From an uncultured Chlamydiae bacterium (GTDB taxonomy: Bacteria; Chlamydiota; Chlamydiia; Chlamydiales; Parachlamydiaceae): a DNA stretch of 64,000 bases. The notes below the pieces were generated by a model that saw only the letters and a list, made by a program, of their open reading frames with translations, made no database searches and was not told the origin of the DNA. Location: contig CAVWGN010000001.1 in NCBI GenBank assembly GCA_963754655.1, positions 1,888,001-1,952,000 of the forward strand, written 5' to 3'. A program made the position numbers and the translations under genes. The stretch's first letter is position 1, and each line of letters opens with the position of its first letter. This document shows positions 42,880-54,217 of this stretch, piece by piece.

Positions 42880-44303
42880 GATAGGGGATGCCCATGATCA
42901 ATTTTCGGTTGCCATTCTGTATGAAAAACTCCAGCCTTATCTAGGCGTTCATATGTATGAGCGCCAAAATAGTCGCGTTGAGCTTGGATAAGATTGGTCG
43001 GCAGCCATGATCCGCGAAAGGCATCATAATAGTTCAATGATGCCATGAGTGCTGGAGTAGGAATTCCCATTTGAGTCGCTTTAACCACCACATCTCTCAT
43101 ATCGAGTTGAGAATTTGACAATTCCCGATCTAATGCAGGATCTTTGAGGAGAGTCTCTAAATCAGCATTTTGTTGATAAGCCTGCCTAATTTTTTCGAGC
43201 AAAGCCGAACGAATAATGCAGCCCCCTCTCCAAATTTGTGCAATCTTTTCTAAATCCAAATGGTACTGATAATTTTGAGAAGCAACGCTCAAAAGAGACA
43301 TGCCTTGTTCATAAGTTAAGATAAATCCCATATAAAGCGCATTTTCCAGCTGGACGAGGAATGTCTCTCGATTGCCACTAAAAGCCGGAGTAGGTCCTTT
43401 TAATTCTTGTCGTTGATTGAGTTTCCAGCGATGCTTAAATACAGATAAGTCGCGCATCGCCACCGCCATATCAATAGTCGGAACAGGGACTTGCAATTCC
43501 ATCGCATTTTGAGAGGTCCACATGCCTGTTCCCTTTTGCTTAGCAACATCTAAAATGACATCGATCAACCCCTTCCCCTCTTCATCTTTTTGCATAAAAA
43601 TCTGGGCTGTAATTTCGATTAAGAAGCTTTGCAATTTTCCCTCATTCCAACGCTTATAAATTTGATGAAGTTCATCATCATTGAAATTTAACCCGTTTTT
43701 TAAAAGCTCGTAAGTTTCGGCTATCATTTGCATCAAGCCATATTCAATGCCATTATGCACCATTTTGACATAATGGCCGGCTGAGCCTGGCCCTAAGTAA
43801 ACGACGCAAGGCTGCCCATTTACATGAGCAGCTGCAGCCTCCAAAATCGATCTGACTTTTTGATAAGCCTCTTGTGGGCCGCCAGGCATCATGCTCGGAC
43901 CCAAACGTGCTCCAACCTCTCCACCCGAAATTCCCATTGCAAGCAGCTGAAAACCTTTATCTCGCACCATTTTTTGCCGCTGGTTTGTATCAGTAAAATG
44001 AGAATTGCCGCCATCGATGATGATATCACCAGGACTCAATAAAGGAAGCAATTCTTGAATCACAGCATCCACAGCTGGACCAGCAGGCACTAAAATGATA
44101 GAAATTCGCGGTTTTTGCAAAGACGAGACGAACTCTTTTAAGGATGAGACTGCTTGAGCTTTCGGATGTCTTTGCTGATTGAGCTCGTTTTTTTTATTAG
44201 TATCTTGATCATATCCTATAACCGAATATCCCTTATCTGCAATGTTAAGGGCCAAGTTACGTCCCATAGTGCCAATTCCAATGATCCCTATCTGAGCTGT
44301 CAT
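42876..44303 (-). CDS. gnd: 6-phosphogluconate dehydrogenase (NADP-dependent, decarboxylating)
   Basis: GIGTMG, DGGNS, KMVHNGIEY, QAQRDYFGAHTY; likely start MTAQIG. Confidence 0.97.
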   Translation of the reverse strand: MTAQIGIIGIGTMGRNLALNIADKGYSVIGYDQDTNKKNELNQQRHPKAQAVSSLKEFVSSLQKPRISIILVPAGPAVDAVIQELLPLLSPGDIIIDGGNSHFTDTNQRQKMVRDKGFQLLAMGISGGEVGARLGPSMMPGGPQEAYQKVRSILEAAAAHVNGQPCVVYLGPGSAGHYVKMVHNGIEYGLMQMIAETYELLKNGLNFNDDELHQIYKRWNEGKLQSFLIEITAQIFMQKDEEGKGLIDVILDVAKQKGTGMWTSQNAMELQVPVPTIDMAVAMRDLSVFKHRWKLNQRQELKGPTPAFSGNRETFLVQLENALYMGFILTYEQGMSLLSVASQNYQYHLDLEKIAQIWRGGCIIRSALLEKIRQAYQQNADLETLLKDPALDRELSNSQLDMRDVVVKATQMGIPTPALMASLNYYDAFRGSWLPTNLIQAQRDYFGAHTYERLDKAGVFHTEWQPKIDHGHPLS

Positions 44304-44304
44304 G

Positions 44305-46395
44305 TTACTTCTCCACATGCTTTTTTTGCTTTTGCAAGATTTCTATAGCTTTTTTGACGACATGATCGACGGTAAAGCCATATTCCTTCATGACAACATC
44401 ACCCGGTGCAGAGGCTCCAAAGCGATCGATTCCAATCATCCCTCCCTGTTCGCCCACATAGCGCTCCCATCCCATTTCAACTCCTGCTTCAACAGCTAAA
44501 CGCGCCTTAATATGAGGAAGAAGGACAGAATCTTTGTATTCTTGCGATTGAGCTTCAAATAACTCCCAAGAAGGCATTGAAACTAACCGAGCATAAACCT
44601 TTTGCTCTGCTAGCTTTTGTTGCGCAGTGACAATCAAATTGACTTCAGAACCCGTTGCAATGAGGATGAAATTGGGTTTTTGATCTGAAGGATCAGCTAG
44701 TACATAAGCGCCCTTCTTTAATCCATCTGCAGACGCATACTTAGTACGATCGAGAGTGGGGACATTTTGACGGGTTAAAATCAAAGCCACAGATTTCTTA
44801 TGGGTTTCAATAGCAGTTTGCCAAGCAACAGCTGTTTCATTGGCATCAGCAGGACGAATCACAATTAAATGAGGAATTGCTCTTAGACTTGCCACCTGCT
44901 CAATAGGTTGATGCGTAGGACCATCTTCCCCTAACCCAATGCTATCATGGGTAAAGACATAAATCACAAGAAGATCCATTAAAGAAGCAAGACGAATGGC
45001 AGGGCGCATATAATCAGAAAAAGTGAGGAAAGTGGCACAATAAGGGATAATACCTCCATAAGTTGCCATTCCATTCATCATTGATCCCATAGCATGTTCA
45101 CGAACGCCAAATTGAATATTTCGCCCCGCATAGTTCCATCCTCCTTCGATAGCTCCTTGGCGATCGCCAAAATCAGTCAGAGGACTTTCGAAAGTTCCTC
45201 CCTGATTGATCACTGTATGGGTGGAAGGATTGAGATCTGCAGATCCTCCTATTAAAGCGGGAAGATGAGGGGCAATCATATTCAATACTTTACCTGACGC
45301 CACCCGAGTTGCCATTCCCTTTGGATCGGCTGGGAAAGGTTTAATCTCTTTGTCCCAACCAGGAGGTAACTTTTGTTCCATGATTAATTTTAATTCTTTT
45401 GCCTCTTCTGGGAATGCCTTTTCATAGGCTAGCCAGCGTTTATTCCATTCTTCTTCCAGTTTCTTTCCCTTTTTAATAGATTCATTAAAATGCTTTTGAG
45501 CGGCTTCTGGGATATAAAAGGAGGGTTCTAAAGGCCATCCCAAATTCTCCTTTGTCAATTTGGTTTCCTCTTTTCCTAGTGGTGATCCATGAGCTTCGTA
45601 TGTATCTTGCTTGTTAGGCGAACCATAGCCAATATGCGTACGAATCAGAATTAAACTTGGCCGCCCTTTATCTTGCTTTGCAGCTAAAATGGCATCCTCA
45701 ATGGCTTTTAAATCATTTCCATCTTCTACCTTGATTGTTTGCCAACCATAAGATTGGAATCGAGCAGCTCGATCTTCTGTAAATGTCACCTGTGTGCTAG
45801 CTGATAGAGTCACTTCATTGTCATCATAAAGATAAATGAGTTTGCCTAATTTTAAGTGTCCGGCCAAAGAAGCTGCTTCAGATGCGACCCCTTCCATGAG
45901 ATCGCCATCACTGACAAGGCAATAAATATAGTGATCAATGATTTCATGCCCTGGCCGGTTATAACGCGCCGCTAAATAAGCCTCTGCGACTGCCATGCCA
46001 ACACTATTGGCGAATCCTTGTCCTAAAGGACCCGTCGTCACTTCTATTCCATTAGCAAGTCCCCTTTCTGGATGCCCCGGCGTGGTGCTCTCCCACTGAC
46101 GAAATTTTTTGATCTGATCTAGAGGAAAATCATAACCAGTGAGATGAAGCATACTGTATAAAAGAGCTGATCCATGGCCAGCAGATAAAATAAAGCGATC
46201 GCGATCATACCAACTTGGATTTTTGGGATTATAATTCATGAGTTTAGTCCATAGAATATAAGCCATCGGAGCGGCATCTAAGGGTAATCCTGGATGGCCA
46301 CTATTTGCTTTTTCAACGGCATCTACAGATAAAAAGCGAATAGTATTGACGCAGAGTTGGTCTAAATCTGAGTCAAGAGTTGCGGACTGTTGCAT
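44305..46395 (-). CDS. tkt: Transketolase
   Basis: [35 protein letters not shown]. Confidence 0.97.
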   Translation of the reverse strand: MQQSATLDSDLDQLCVNTIRFLSVDAVEKANSGHPGLPLDAAPMAYILWTKLMNYNPKNPSWYDRDRFILSAGHGSALLYSMLHLTGYDFPLDQIKKFRQWESTTPGHPERGLANGIEVTTGPLGQGFANSVGMAVAEAYLAARYNRPGHEIIDHYIYCLVSDGDLMEGVASEAASLAGHLKLGKLIYLYDDNEVTLSASTQVTFTEDRAARFQSYGWQTIKVEDGNDLKAIEDAILAAKQDKGRPSLILIRTHIGYGSPNKQDTYEAHGSPLGKEETKLTKENLGWPLEPSFYIPEAAQKHFNESIKKGKKLEEEWNKRWLAYEKAFPEEAKELKLIMEQKLPPGWDKEIKPFPADPKGMATRVASGKVLNMIAPHLPALIGGSADLNPSTHTVINQGGTFESPLTDFGDRQGAIEGGWNYAGRNIQFGVREHAMGSMMNGMATYGGIIPYCATFLTFSDYMRPAIRLASLMDLLVIYVFTHDSIGLGEDGPTHQPIEQVASLRAIPHLIVIRPADANETAVAWQTAIETHKKSVALILTRQNVPTLDRTKYASADGLKKGAYVLADPSDQKPNFILIATGSEVNLIVTAQQKLAEQKVYARLVSMPSWELFEAQSQEYKDSVLLPHIKARLAVEAGVEMGWERYVGEQGGMIGIDRFGASAPGDVVMKEYGFTVDHVVKKAIEILQKQKKHVEK

Positions 46396-46510
46396 GTTTT
46401 TCTCCTTAGAGTTTAAAGACTTAAACCTATTAGTTTCTTTGACAAATCAATAAAAACATCAAATTATTTCTATTCTTCTTTTATCTTACTCTCTAATTAA
46501 AATAAACATT

Positions 46511-47572
46511 CTAATGTGGCGTATTAAAAACAGATTGGAAAAATCTTGTTGCTTCCTCTGCAACTTGTAATTGAATCCATGTGCGATCGATCGAAGCATC
46601 ATCTTCTAGAAGGAAATCGAATTGAGCGGTTGGATCGACTAATTTGCGCTGACGCTCATTCAAAGCAGAAATAAAAATATAGTGATCTGCCTTGCCGGGA
46701 ATAGTTTGATAAAGGGCATGAGGAATATGACGAGCAAAAAATCCAGCATTATTTTTCGTGACAAGTACTCGATCCGCTTCAGCAGCAATTAAGTAAACGG
46801 GAATAGAAATTGTAGTAAGGCTAGTTTCATCAAACAACCATGACCATGCAGGAGCCATAACAAAGGCAGCTTTAATACGGGGGTCACGCCAATTTTTGCC
46901 CATCATATCTTTATTCAGAGTAGAGAGAACTTCATTTGCGCGCATAAATTCACGTAAAGCAGCATATTCGGGGCCCGGCATCAAATTATCAAGCTTGGTT
47001 GTACGCCCTCCTGCCACCCAAATTGACGTTGTTCCACCTAGAGAATAGCCTGCAATTCCAATCTGATTTTCATCGACAAAATCAGAGAGGGAATTTGAGA
47101 AAAATTGGTCGAGAATGATTTTAATATCTCTTGCTCTTTGCCAATGGTTGGCATGAATTTTCCCGTCAATTAAATCAGTATGACGAATCCCTATAACCAT
47201 AAAACCTTGATGAACAAACTCTCGAATCAACCAGGATAAGTGATGCGGATTGCCCATATAACCATGCGAAAGAACAATCAAAGGCCTCTTTGTTGGAGTT
47301 TTTGCGGGAGTTGCATTCATTGCGACATGAAAAGTATCCCATGGGTAGGCCGATGGAGCGCCTACTACCTGCGGATCAACAGGATACCAAACCAACAATT
47401 GGCGATTAATTTGCTGAAAATGATCGAAAAACGGGACCTCTTTAAAACCTAAAACAGGATAAGGAGTGACAGGGTAAGGCTCAAAGGCTATTAATGCTAA
47501 AGGAAAAAAAAGAAGAATCAATAGATAATTTGGAAAAATTTCTCTACGTTTTCTTTCTATGTTAAACAACAT
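46511..47572 (-). CDS. Exported alpha/beta hydrolase (dienelactone hydrolase/PAF-AH-like)
   Basis: LSHG, GYSLGG nucleophile elbow, ADHY. Confidence 0.8.
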   Translation of the reverse strand: MLFNIERKRREIFPNYLLILLFFPLALIAFEPYPVTPYPVLGFKEVPFFDHFQQINRQLLVWYPVDPQVVGAPSAYPWDTFHVAMNATPAKTPTKRPLIVLSHGYMGNPHHLSWLIREFVHQGFMVIGIRHTDLIDGKIHANHWQRARDIKIILDQFFSNSLSDFVDENQIGIAGYSLGGTTSIWVAGGRTTKLDNLMPGPEYAALREFMRANEVLSTLNKDMMGKNWRDPRIKAAFVMAPAWSWLFDETSLTTISIPVYLIAAEADRVLVTKNNAGFFARHIPHALYQTIPGKADHYIFISALNERQRKLVDPTAQFDFLLEDDASIDRTWIQLQVAEEATRFFQSVFNTPH

Positions 47573-47581
47573 AACTACCTC

Positions 47582-47617
47582 ATCATTATCTAAATCATTA
47601 TCTAAATCATTATCTAA
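47582..47617. repeat. 12-bp tandem repeat x3 (ATCATTATCTAA)
   Basis: Directly visible, 10 bp upstream of the hydrolase start. Confidence 0.9.
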
Positions 47618-47632
47618 AAATACTTTTTGCTC

Positions 47633-48028
47633 TTAGACTGGTGGCTTGGGCGCGTCACTTTTTCCATCTTTGATTCTTGCTTTTATATTTGCTGCAAAAG
47701 CTTCATAGCGGGTATGGAGAACCTGAAGTTCTTCATCTGATAATTTTTCGATCTTTAACAATTCATTATTAGCTCCTTCTATGGCTCGTATAATTTCATC
47801 TAATTTAAGATGAATAGCCATCGTATCTCGGTTTTGAGTGTTTTGAATCAAAAAAACCATTAAGAAAACAATCACTGTTGTTGTTGTATTAATGGCAAGC
47901 TGCCAAGCCTCACTAAAGTTAAAATAATGGCCAAGAAGAGCCCAAGCCACAACCAAAAAAAGAGCGCATAAGAATGCGCGCGCATCTCCTAATTTTTCTG
48001 ATATCCATTTAGCAAATTTAGAAAACAT
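47633..48028 (-). CDS. Low-affinity iron permease family membrane protein
   Basis: WQLAINTTTTVIVFLMVFLIQNTQNRD...KLDE. Confidence 0.85.
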   Translation of the reverse strand: MFSKFAKWISEKLGDARAFLCALFLVVAWALLGHYFNFSEAWQLAINTTTTVIVFLMVFLIQNTQNRDTMAIHLKLDEIIRAIEGANNELLKIEKLSDEELQVLHTRYEAFAANIKARIKDGKSDAPKPPV

Positions 48029-48164
48029 AGATTTCTCTTAAAATGATTATAAATAAATAATTCTATTCACTATAAGCCGCACTGTAACAGTAAAAATTTT
48101 TTTAATCTATTGTTTAAAAGAAAGACTTACGCTATGTATCAATTTTGCCGGAATAAACCAGGAG

Positions 48165-48659
48165 ATGACAATGCTTCCCTTTATACTTTTTATATTAGCT
48201 GTCGTCTTTTCAGCTATTCATTTTTTCCTTAAAAATTATCAACCCAGTCTTTTGGAAATTTTTCTCTCCTATCTTATTTTTTTCAATATCGGGATCATGG
48301 GAATTTTAGGTTTTTATGCCCATATCTTTATGGCAGATCAAATTGCTAAATCAATTGGCTGGCCGGCAGGAAACCCTTTTCAGTTCGAAGTGGCAACCGC
48401 TAATTTGGCATTTGGAGTACTAGGTCTAACGGCGATGTGGTTGAGGGGTCTTTTTTGGGTGGCGACTATCCTAGGAACCTCTATTTTCCTCATAGGAGCT
48501 TTCATAGGACATATGATTCAATTTGCCCATGGCGATACTGCACCCTATAATAGTGGAATCTTTGTTTGGCTAGGAGACTTGATTCTTCCACTGCTTCTTC
48601 TTTCTTTACTCATCGTCTATTTGCGACAGCGTACACCTTATCCTTTCATTCAAGGTTGA
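48165..48659 (+). CDS. Hypothetical multi-pass membrane protein
   Basis: Several hydrophobic segments; IAKSIGWPAGNPFQFEVA. Confidence 0.7.
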   Translation: MTMLPFILFILAVVFSAIHFFLKNYQPSLLEIFLSYLIFFNIGIMGILGFYAHIFMADQIAKSIGWPAGNPFQFEVATANLAFGVLGLTAMWLRGLFWVATILGTSIFLIGAFIGHMIQFAHGDTAPYNSGIFVWLGDLILPLLLLSLLIVYLRQRTPYPFIQG

Positions 48660-48673
48660 TTGGAGCACAAGAA

Positions 48674-49690
48674 ATGGATGAAAATTCTTTGCTCGCTACA
48701 TTGACAAGACCAGAAGAAGCGGATAGGCTCCGGATTGTAGAAATTGTTAGACGTTGGGGAGGACTAACCACCGATGCCTTGCTTGATCCAGCCTGTCAAC
48801 TCTTTTGCATTCCTCAAGTTAAAGGAATCATTGGCTATCGTATTGAATTTGGCTGTGCAATCGCTTATGGAGACCCGGTATGCGAACCAAGCGATATGCC
48901 TCTCCTTGTTCAAGCTTTTCATGATTTTTGCCAAACGAAGTATAAAAATATTATTTATCTAGCCGCCTCGGAAAAGTTTGCCAAATGGGCGCTGCAAAAT
49001 GTTTGCAAGGCTTTTATTGAATATGGAGAAGAAATTTATTTAGATCCGCATTTTAATCCCAAAGATCGTCAAGGAACGCATGCGAGTTTGGTTCGCCGCA
49101 AAATACGCCATGCTCAACATGAAGAAGTCATCGTAAAAGAATATTTTCCCGTCGACGCTAAAATGGAACACTCTCTTGAGCAAGTAGGCGCTGCATGGCT
49201 TCAATCACGCCACGGTCTACAAATTCACATCTCTCATGTCCATCTTTTTAATGATCGAATGGGGAAACGCTGGTTTTATGCTCAGCAAAGAGAGCGCATT
49301 ATAGGCGTTGTCGTTCTCAATCAACTACAATCGCGCCAAGGTTGGCATCTTAATCACTTGATGTTTACTCCTAATGCGCCTCATGGCACACCAGAAATTC
49401 TCATTATCTCAGTGCTTGAAACCTTACAAAGCGAATGTTGTTCTTTTATTTCATTTGGAGTCGTACCAGCCAATCGATTAGGCGAAATTGTAGGATTATC
49501 GACCTCGACTTCTTGGATGACTCGCCAAATATATAAGCTTGCACATAAAATTTTTCATCTCGAAGGCCATAAAACGTTTTGGGGGAAATTTCATCCTCAA
49601 ACAAAGCCTTCTTACCTTTTATTTCATCAATCTTCTATTGGAATTCGAGAAGTGATCTCACTCATACGTTCTATGAATGTTTCTTTATAG
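48674..49690 (+). CDS. Phosphatidylglycerol lysyltransferase (MprF C-terminal/DUF2156-like) domain protein
   Basis: AYGDPVC, GEE, APHGTPE, FWGKFHP; likely start MDENS. Confidence 0.75.
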   Translation: MDENSLLATLTRPEEADRLRIVEIVRRWGGLTTDALLDPACQLFCIPQVKGIIGYRIEFGCAIAYGDPVCEPSDMPLLVQAFHDFCQTKYKNIIYLAASEKFAKWALQNVCKAFIEYGEEIYLDPHFNPKDRQGTHASLVRRKIRHAQHEEVIVKEYFPVDAKMEHSLEQVGAAWLQSRHGLQIHISHVHLFNDRMGKRWFYAQQRERIIGVVVLNQLQSRQGWHLNHLMFTPNAPHGTPEILIISVLETLQSECCSFISFGVVPANRLGEIVGLSTSTSWMTRQIYKLAHKIFHLEGHKTFWGKFHPQTKPSYLLFHQSSIGIREVISLIRSMNVSL

Positions 49691-49762
49691 AAAAAAATGA
49701 CTGCCTCTTACTTATTGCTTCGATCATTTTTTGTTTAGAACAGTATTTTAAGATTGAAAGAC

Positions 49763-50623
49763 TTAATCTTCTTTCACTTTCTGCGCTAAAATGACACTGA
49801 AACTTCCCTCTTGTTTAATTCTGCCTTCTTTATCTACAACTGTATCCAGATATTGCTCGATCTTTTTCAATAAAGTAGGCCGTTGGGATTCTTTCACTAA
49901 ATTCCAACTACTTCGCGATTGCACACGATTAAGATATTCTTGTTTAGTGTAATAATGAACGTAAGGAAATGTGGCATCAACAATGATTTTAAATCCATGT
50001 TCTTCCAAAACATCTGGCACAGGGGATGCCTGCTTTTTCATTTTCTGGACACCAGATTCTTCCATGATACGTTCAATATTTTCTCTTAAAGGGTTGGGCT
50101 TATGACTTGTTTGATAGCGAGCTTTTCCTCCAATCACAAAATAATACCCGTGTGGTTTTAAAATACGTGCAACCTCATGAATAGAAGAAGAATTTGAAAA
50201 CCAATGAAAAGCCGATGCAGCTGTCACAACATCAAATTGTTCGTCTGAAAAAGGCAATCCCATCGCAATATCCGCTTGAATATACTTAATTGAACAAGCT
50301 TGATTATTCGCAGCTCGAGCTTCTTTAATCATTAAAACATCGCGATCTACACCAATGACATTTTTAAAGCCATTTTTATGAAGCTGCCTTGTTGAAATTC
50401 CTGTTCCACTTCCTAAATCAAGAATATAGGCACTAGGAGTGACATACGACTTTAAAATGGCATAAACGGCATCTGGTTTTTCTTTTCGCCCTAACACATA
50501 ATATTTACTGAGAGGTCCAAATTGCGAACAAGGTTGTTTACATAAAGGCTCATCTAGACTTTGTGCTCCCTCAACTGCATAACCAAAACATAAAGCCATT
50601 AAACAAGCGAATTGATGCATCAT
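49763..50623 (-). CDS. Class I SAM-dependent methyltransferase with signal-peptide-like N-terminus
   Basis: LDLGSGTG, FDVVTAASAFHWF, RILKPHG. Confidence 0.85.
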   Translation of the reverse strand: MMHQFACLMALCFGYAVEGAQSLDEPLCKQPCSQFGPLSKYYVLGRKEKPDAVYAILKSYVTPSAYILDLGSGTGISTRQLHKNGFKNVIGVDRDVLMIKEARAANNQACSIKYIQADIAMGLPFSDEQFDVVTAASAFHWFSNSSSIHEVARILKPHGYYFVIGGKARYQTSHKPNPLRENIERIMEESGVQKMKKQASPVPDVLEEHGFKIIVDATFPYVHYYTKQEYLNRVQSRSSWNLVKESQRPTLLKKIEQYLDTVVDKEGRIKQEGSFSVILAQKVKED

Positions 50624-50971
50624 TATCCTCTCTCCCTTATTAATTTAGTATTCTCTTATCGCTTATCTAGGTTTTGGAATAGCAAGTAAAAATAAAATTT
50701 ATTGCTCATGCTATCACAAACTCCATTAATTTAGATAATCCAAGAAGCTGTTTTTTGCGCATCATCAAATGTTATCAAATTTTTTGCCGATTTGAGGATC
50801 ATGTCTGCTATCGATTTTTGACACTCACAAAAACTTATTTTAAGTCACCACTTTTTCGCAACATTATTTATTAATCGACGTAAATAATTGACTAAATTAG
50901 TAAAAATTAATAACCTAAATTAGTTTTATTTACCAATTTATTTTATCATAACACAAGAACATAGGAAATTT

Positions 50972-51367
50972 ATGAACATTCAATTTTTTTGCACGCGTAG
51001 TGTCGCTTTATTTAACGAAAAACTTGTGCCTCTCTTAACAGCTCAGCAAAAAAAAACTATCCTACTCGCTTCTATGATTTTTGCTGTGTTATTAATTGCG
51101 ATCTATGTCTTTAGAAATTGGACTGATAATAAAGTCGTCTATTTTAATGGGCATGGACACTTGATTGCACAAAACGGAGATGTCATGAACGGGGATTTCA
51201 AGGATGGGATGTTGGATGGGCTAGGTAAGGTCACTCGTCAGAATGGAGAAATATGGGAGGGAGAATTTAAATGTCACAAGTTGAATGGTCAAGGTAAGAA
51301 AACCTATTCAGATGGCAGAATAGAAGAAGGCCTATTTAAAGAAGGAGTTTTAGTCAAGGGAGGATAA
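50972..51367 (+). CDS. Small MORN-repeat protein with N-terminal TM leader
   Basis: GDFKDGMLDGLG, WEGEFKCHKLNGQG, EEGLFKEG. Confidence 0.8.
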   Translation: MNIQFFCTRSVALFNEKLVPLLTAQQKKTILLASMIFAVLLIAIYVFRNWTDNKVVYFNGHGHLIAQNGDVMNGDFKDGMLDGLGKVTRQNGEIWEGEFKCHKLNGQGKKTYSDGRIEEGLFKEGVLVKGG

Positions 51368-51556
51368 TATTTTTTGAATCATTACGATTGCTGATTCAAT
51401 TGAAAAAAAGGTTGATTCTGTTGATTCTGTTGGTGTGAAGAAGACGCTGAGCAATATCGAGCAAAGTGAGTCAATGATCTTAAAAAACATTCAACGATGA
51501 ATTGACAAAAAGAAAATAAATGATCATGGTAGAATTCAACTGCTGGAGGTCTCATC

Positions 51557-52453
51557 ATGGCAACAAGTGCAAGCTTTATGGGTCTTGGAAATATGGGGAG
51601 TGCCATGGCGCGTAACCTCGTTCGTAATGGGACACAATTATTTGTTTATAATCGTTCAAAAAATAAAGCTGAAGAACTTCTTCAAGAAGGAGCTCTACTC
51701 CTTCATTCTCCAAAAGAAGCCTTTATACATGCTCCTCTTGCTTTTTCAATGGTTGCTAATGATCAAGCCTTAAGAGAGATTACTGAAGGAAAAGAAGGTC
51801 TATTGGAAAACGCCAAGCCGGGCTGCATTCACGTTTCCATGAGCACAGTTTCTCCTAAACTCAGCCGCTATTTAGCAGAAAAGCACAGAGAAAAAGGAGT
51901 CGAATACGTAGCGGCACCTGTATTTGGCAGACCAGAAGCTGCTGCACAGCAAAGCTTAACCATCTGTATGGCAGGCAGCCAAAAAGGGAAGGCAAAAGTT
52001 GAACCTTTATTGCGCATATTAGGAAAAAAAATCTACGATTTTGGCGAAGATTCTAGCAAAGCGAATGCAGTCAAATTAACAGGCAATTTTTTTATTTTAT
52101 CCCTCATTGAATTAATGGCTGAAGCATTTGCTTTCGCCAAAAAAAGCGACATTCCAGTTGATATCTTACATGCCTGTTTTGCAGAAAGCTTGTTCCCTTC
52201 ACCCACTTTTCAAAACTATGGAAATATCATCCTCCATGAAAAATTCATTCCAGCTGGGTTTAAATTGTCTTTAGGATTAAAGGACATTAATCTTTTTCTA
52301 GACGAAGCGAATACGCGAAATGTGCCTTCTCCTATTGCAAATTTGCTTCACGAGAGACTCTTAACAGCTATAGCTAATCAGCGTGAAGACATGGATTGGT
52401 CGGCCATTGCCTTAACAGCTATGGAAGAGGCGGGCATCTCCTCAATCCATTAA
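51557..52453 (+). CDS. NAD(P)-dependent oxidoreductase, beta-hydroxyacid dehydrogenase family
   Basis: GLGNMG, APVFG, KLTGNF, GLKDI. Confidence 0.88.
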   Translation: MATSASFMGLGNMGSAMARNLVRNGTQLFVYNRSKNKAEELLQEGALLLHSPKEAFIHAPLAFSMVANDQALREITEGKEGLLENAKPGCIHVSMSTVSPKLSRYLAEKHREKGVEYVAAPVFGRPEAAAQQSLTICMAGSQKGKAKVEPLLRILGKKIYDFGEDSSKANAVKLTGNFFILSLIELMAEAFAFAKKSDIPVDILHACFAESLFPSPTFQNYGNIILHEKFIPAGFKLSLGLKDINLFLDEANTRNVPSPIANLLHERLLTAIANQREDMDWSAIALTAMEEAGISSIH

Positions 52454-52538
52454 GCTCTTTTAAATAACTTCTTGAATAGCTGCTATCTGAATGAATCACT
52501 CTATCAATCAAATCATTTTTCAGTCAGCATCCGAAGCT

Positions 52539-52904
52539 TTATTTTCGGGTATTTCCTTGTTTGTGATGAATGAGGCTCGATAATTCATTACGATCATGAT
52601 GAGGAAGATGAGAATAAATATTATGAATCTTATGGACTAATTGGGCTTGCTCATCCGGCTTGCCTTGTATCATTTTCCAATCTATTTCAAGAAAATGAGG
52701 TTCAACTTTACCTTGAGCAAATTGAATAAGTGCTTGAAGTGCTTCTCTTAGTAAAGGCAAGACTTGCTTTGGATCGCTCTTATCTTTTTTTTGATCTGCC
52801 ACGCTTTGTTCAACGGCATGTAAACGCTTTCCCTCAACAATAAATGCTGTGTCTGGATTTTCTCCTACTTCAGCAGCATTGAATAAGTTTCCGTTATTTT
52901 CCAT
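52539..52904 (-). CDS. Hypothetical protein
   Basis: 121-aa ORF with GAGGAAAGT upstream; no recognised motif. Confidence 0.6.
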   Translation of the reverse strand: MENNGNLFNAAEVGENPDTAFIVEGKRLHAVEQSVADQKKDKSDPKQVLPLLREALQALIQFAQGKVEPHFLEIDWKMIQGKPDEQAQLVHKIHNIYSHLPHHDRNELSSLIHHKQGNTRK

Positions 52905-52948
52905 ACTTTCCTCACGGGTTAGATAAGTTAAACTGAAATTACCTTAAA

Positions 52949-53177
52949 AAATTTAGGCACGATTCAAAAAGAGTAAATTTGGGTAACATGTTTATACCGT
53001 CCTTTCGAGGCTGACAGAAAATTGATAATTTCAGACCTTAAATAATTTTTTGAAACCACTCACACTATACTCAAGACCAGTTAAAATAAATTATATACGT
53101 CAGAAATTATCAATTTCCTGTCAGCCTCGAAAGGACGGCATAAACATGTTATCTTCAATTGAACTATGCCAAAATTT
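52949..53177. repeat. Palindromic MITE-like element
   Basis: ~53-bp arms TAACATGTTTATACCGTCCTTTCGAGGCTGACAG.. (52984-53036 / 53099-53151) plus weaker outer IRs. Confidence 0.75.
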
Positions 53178-53267
53178 CTTATAAAACAAAGGCCTTACCT
53201 AAGCAAGCCTTTAAATCTCCGGAAAAATTTTATTCTCATTCAGTAATATTAAAAAAGTTGTCTAGAC

Positions 53268-53633
53268 TCATTCTTTTAGATCAATTTTATGCCTCAGCTT
53301 TTTTTTCTCACCATGCTGGCTCTTTCTATTGAGCGTCTCCTCTTTTTTACTACGAGGAATGCGAGTCGGAATGCGCTTAAGCGGACGATAATTAAGGTGA
53401 GCGACTTTTTCTCGCAATTTCTTCAAGCATTGCATTTTGTTAAGATATTGACTTCTTTCTTTTTGACAGGTTACCACTATGTGACAAGGGCGATAAATGA
53501 GACGTACAGCACTATCAGTTGTATTGACATGTTGTCCCCCACTTCCGCTGGCCCGAAAGGTTTGAATATCGCAAAGCGCCAATAATTTCTCATCAGAATC
53601 TGGCAAAATGATTTTATTTGGAAAAACCGTCAT
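53268..53633 (-). CDS. Peptide chain release factor-like ribosome rescue protein (ArfB/YaeJ family)
   Basis: [21 protein letters not shown], basic tail; AAGGAG upstream of MTVFP. Confidence 0.85.
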   Translation of the reverse strand: MTVFPNKIILPDSDEKLLALCDIQTFRASGSGGQHVNTTDSAVRLIYRPCHIVVTCQKERSQYLNKMQCLKKLREKVAHLNYRPLKRIPTRIPRSKKEETLNRKSQHGEKKKLRHKIDLKE

Positions 53634-53727
53634 CCTAGCTCCTTTTATTTGGCGCAAAATAAAACCTAATTTATCTTTTGGAAATTTTAAATGCATTAAA
53701 AGACATTTCCAAACAAGTCATGACTAG

Positions 53728-54217
53728 TACTCAACCACATTAGTTTTAGCCTATTGGGATGGTTTTAAATCCCTATGCGTTAAGGTAAGAGATGGGTGTA
53801 GGCTACGTGCCGCATTCAGTCGCCACGCCGCTTCGCTCTGGGCTCTATGAGAGGGGTCATGACCCACCGTTCGGTCGCCCTCCGGGCTCGGTCACGGTGG
53901 GCTAGAATCAGTCGTCCTACGGACTCTAGCGGCAATGTAGAAGTCATTGAATGTTAGGTAAGGTGTTTGATAATAGTGCTGCTAGAATGCTAGTCAAGGC
54001 GTTTTGATAATGCCGCTAGAGTCCGTAGGACGACTGATTCTAGCCCACCGTGACCGAGCCCGGAGGGCGACCGAACGGTGGGTCATAACCCCTCTCATAG
54101 AGCCCAGAGCGAAGCGGCGTGGCGACTGAATGCGGCACGTAGCCTACACCCATCTCTTACCTTAACGCATAGGGATTTAAAACTATCCCAATAGGCTAAA
54201 ACTAATGTGGTTGAGTA
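53728..54217. mobile_element. 490-bp palindromic element with ~207-bp arms, next to CTAG sites
   Basis: TACTCAACCACATTAGTTTT...AAAACTAATGTGGTTGAGTA; arms nearly perfectly complementary, 76-bp spacer. Confidence 0.88.

Noticed and set aside
41422..46395. Overlapping plus-strand ORFs within zwf, gnd and tkt
   Set aside because: Short antisense ORFs opposite well-conserved enzymes.
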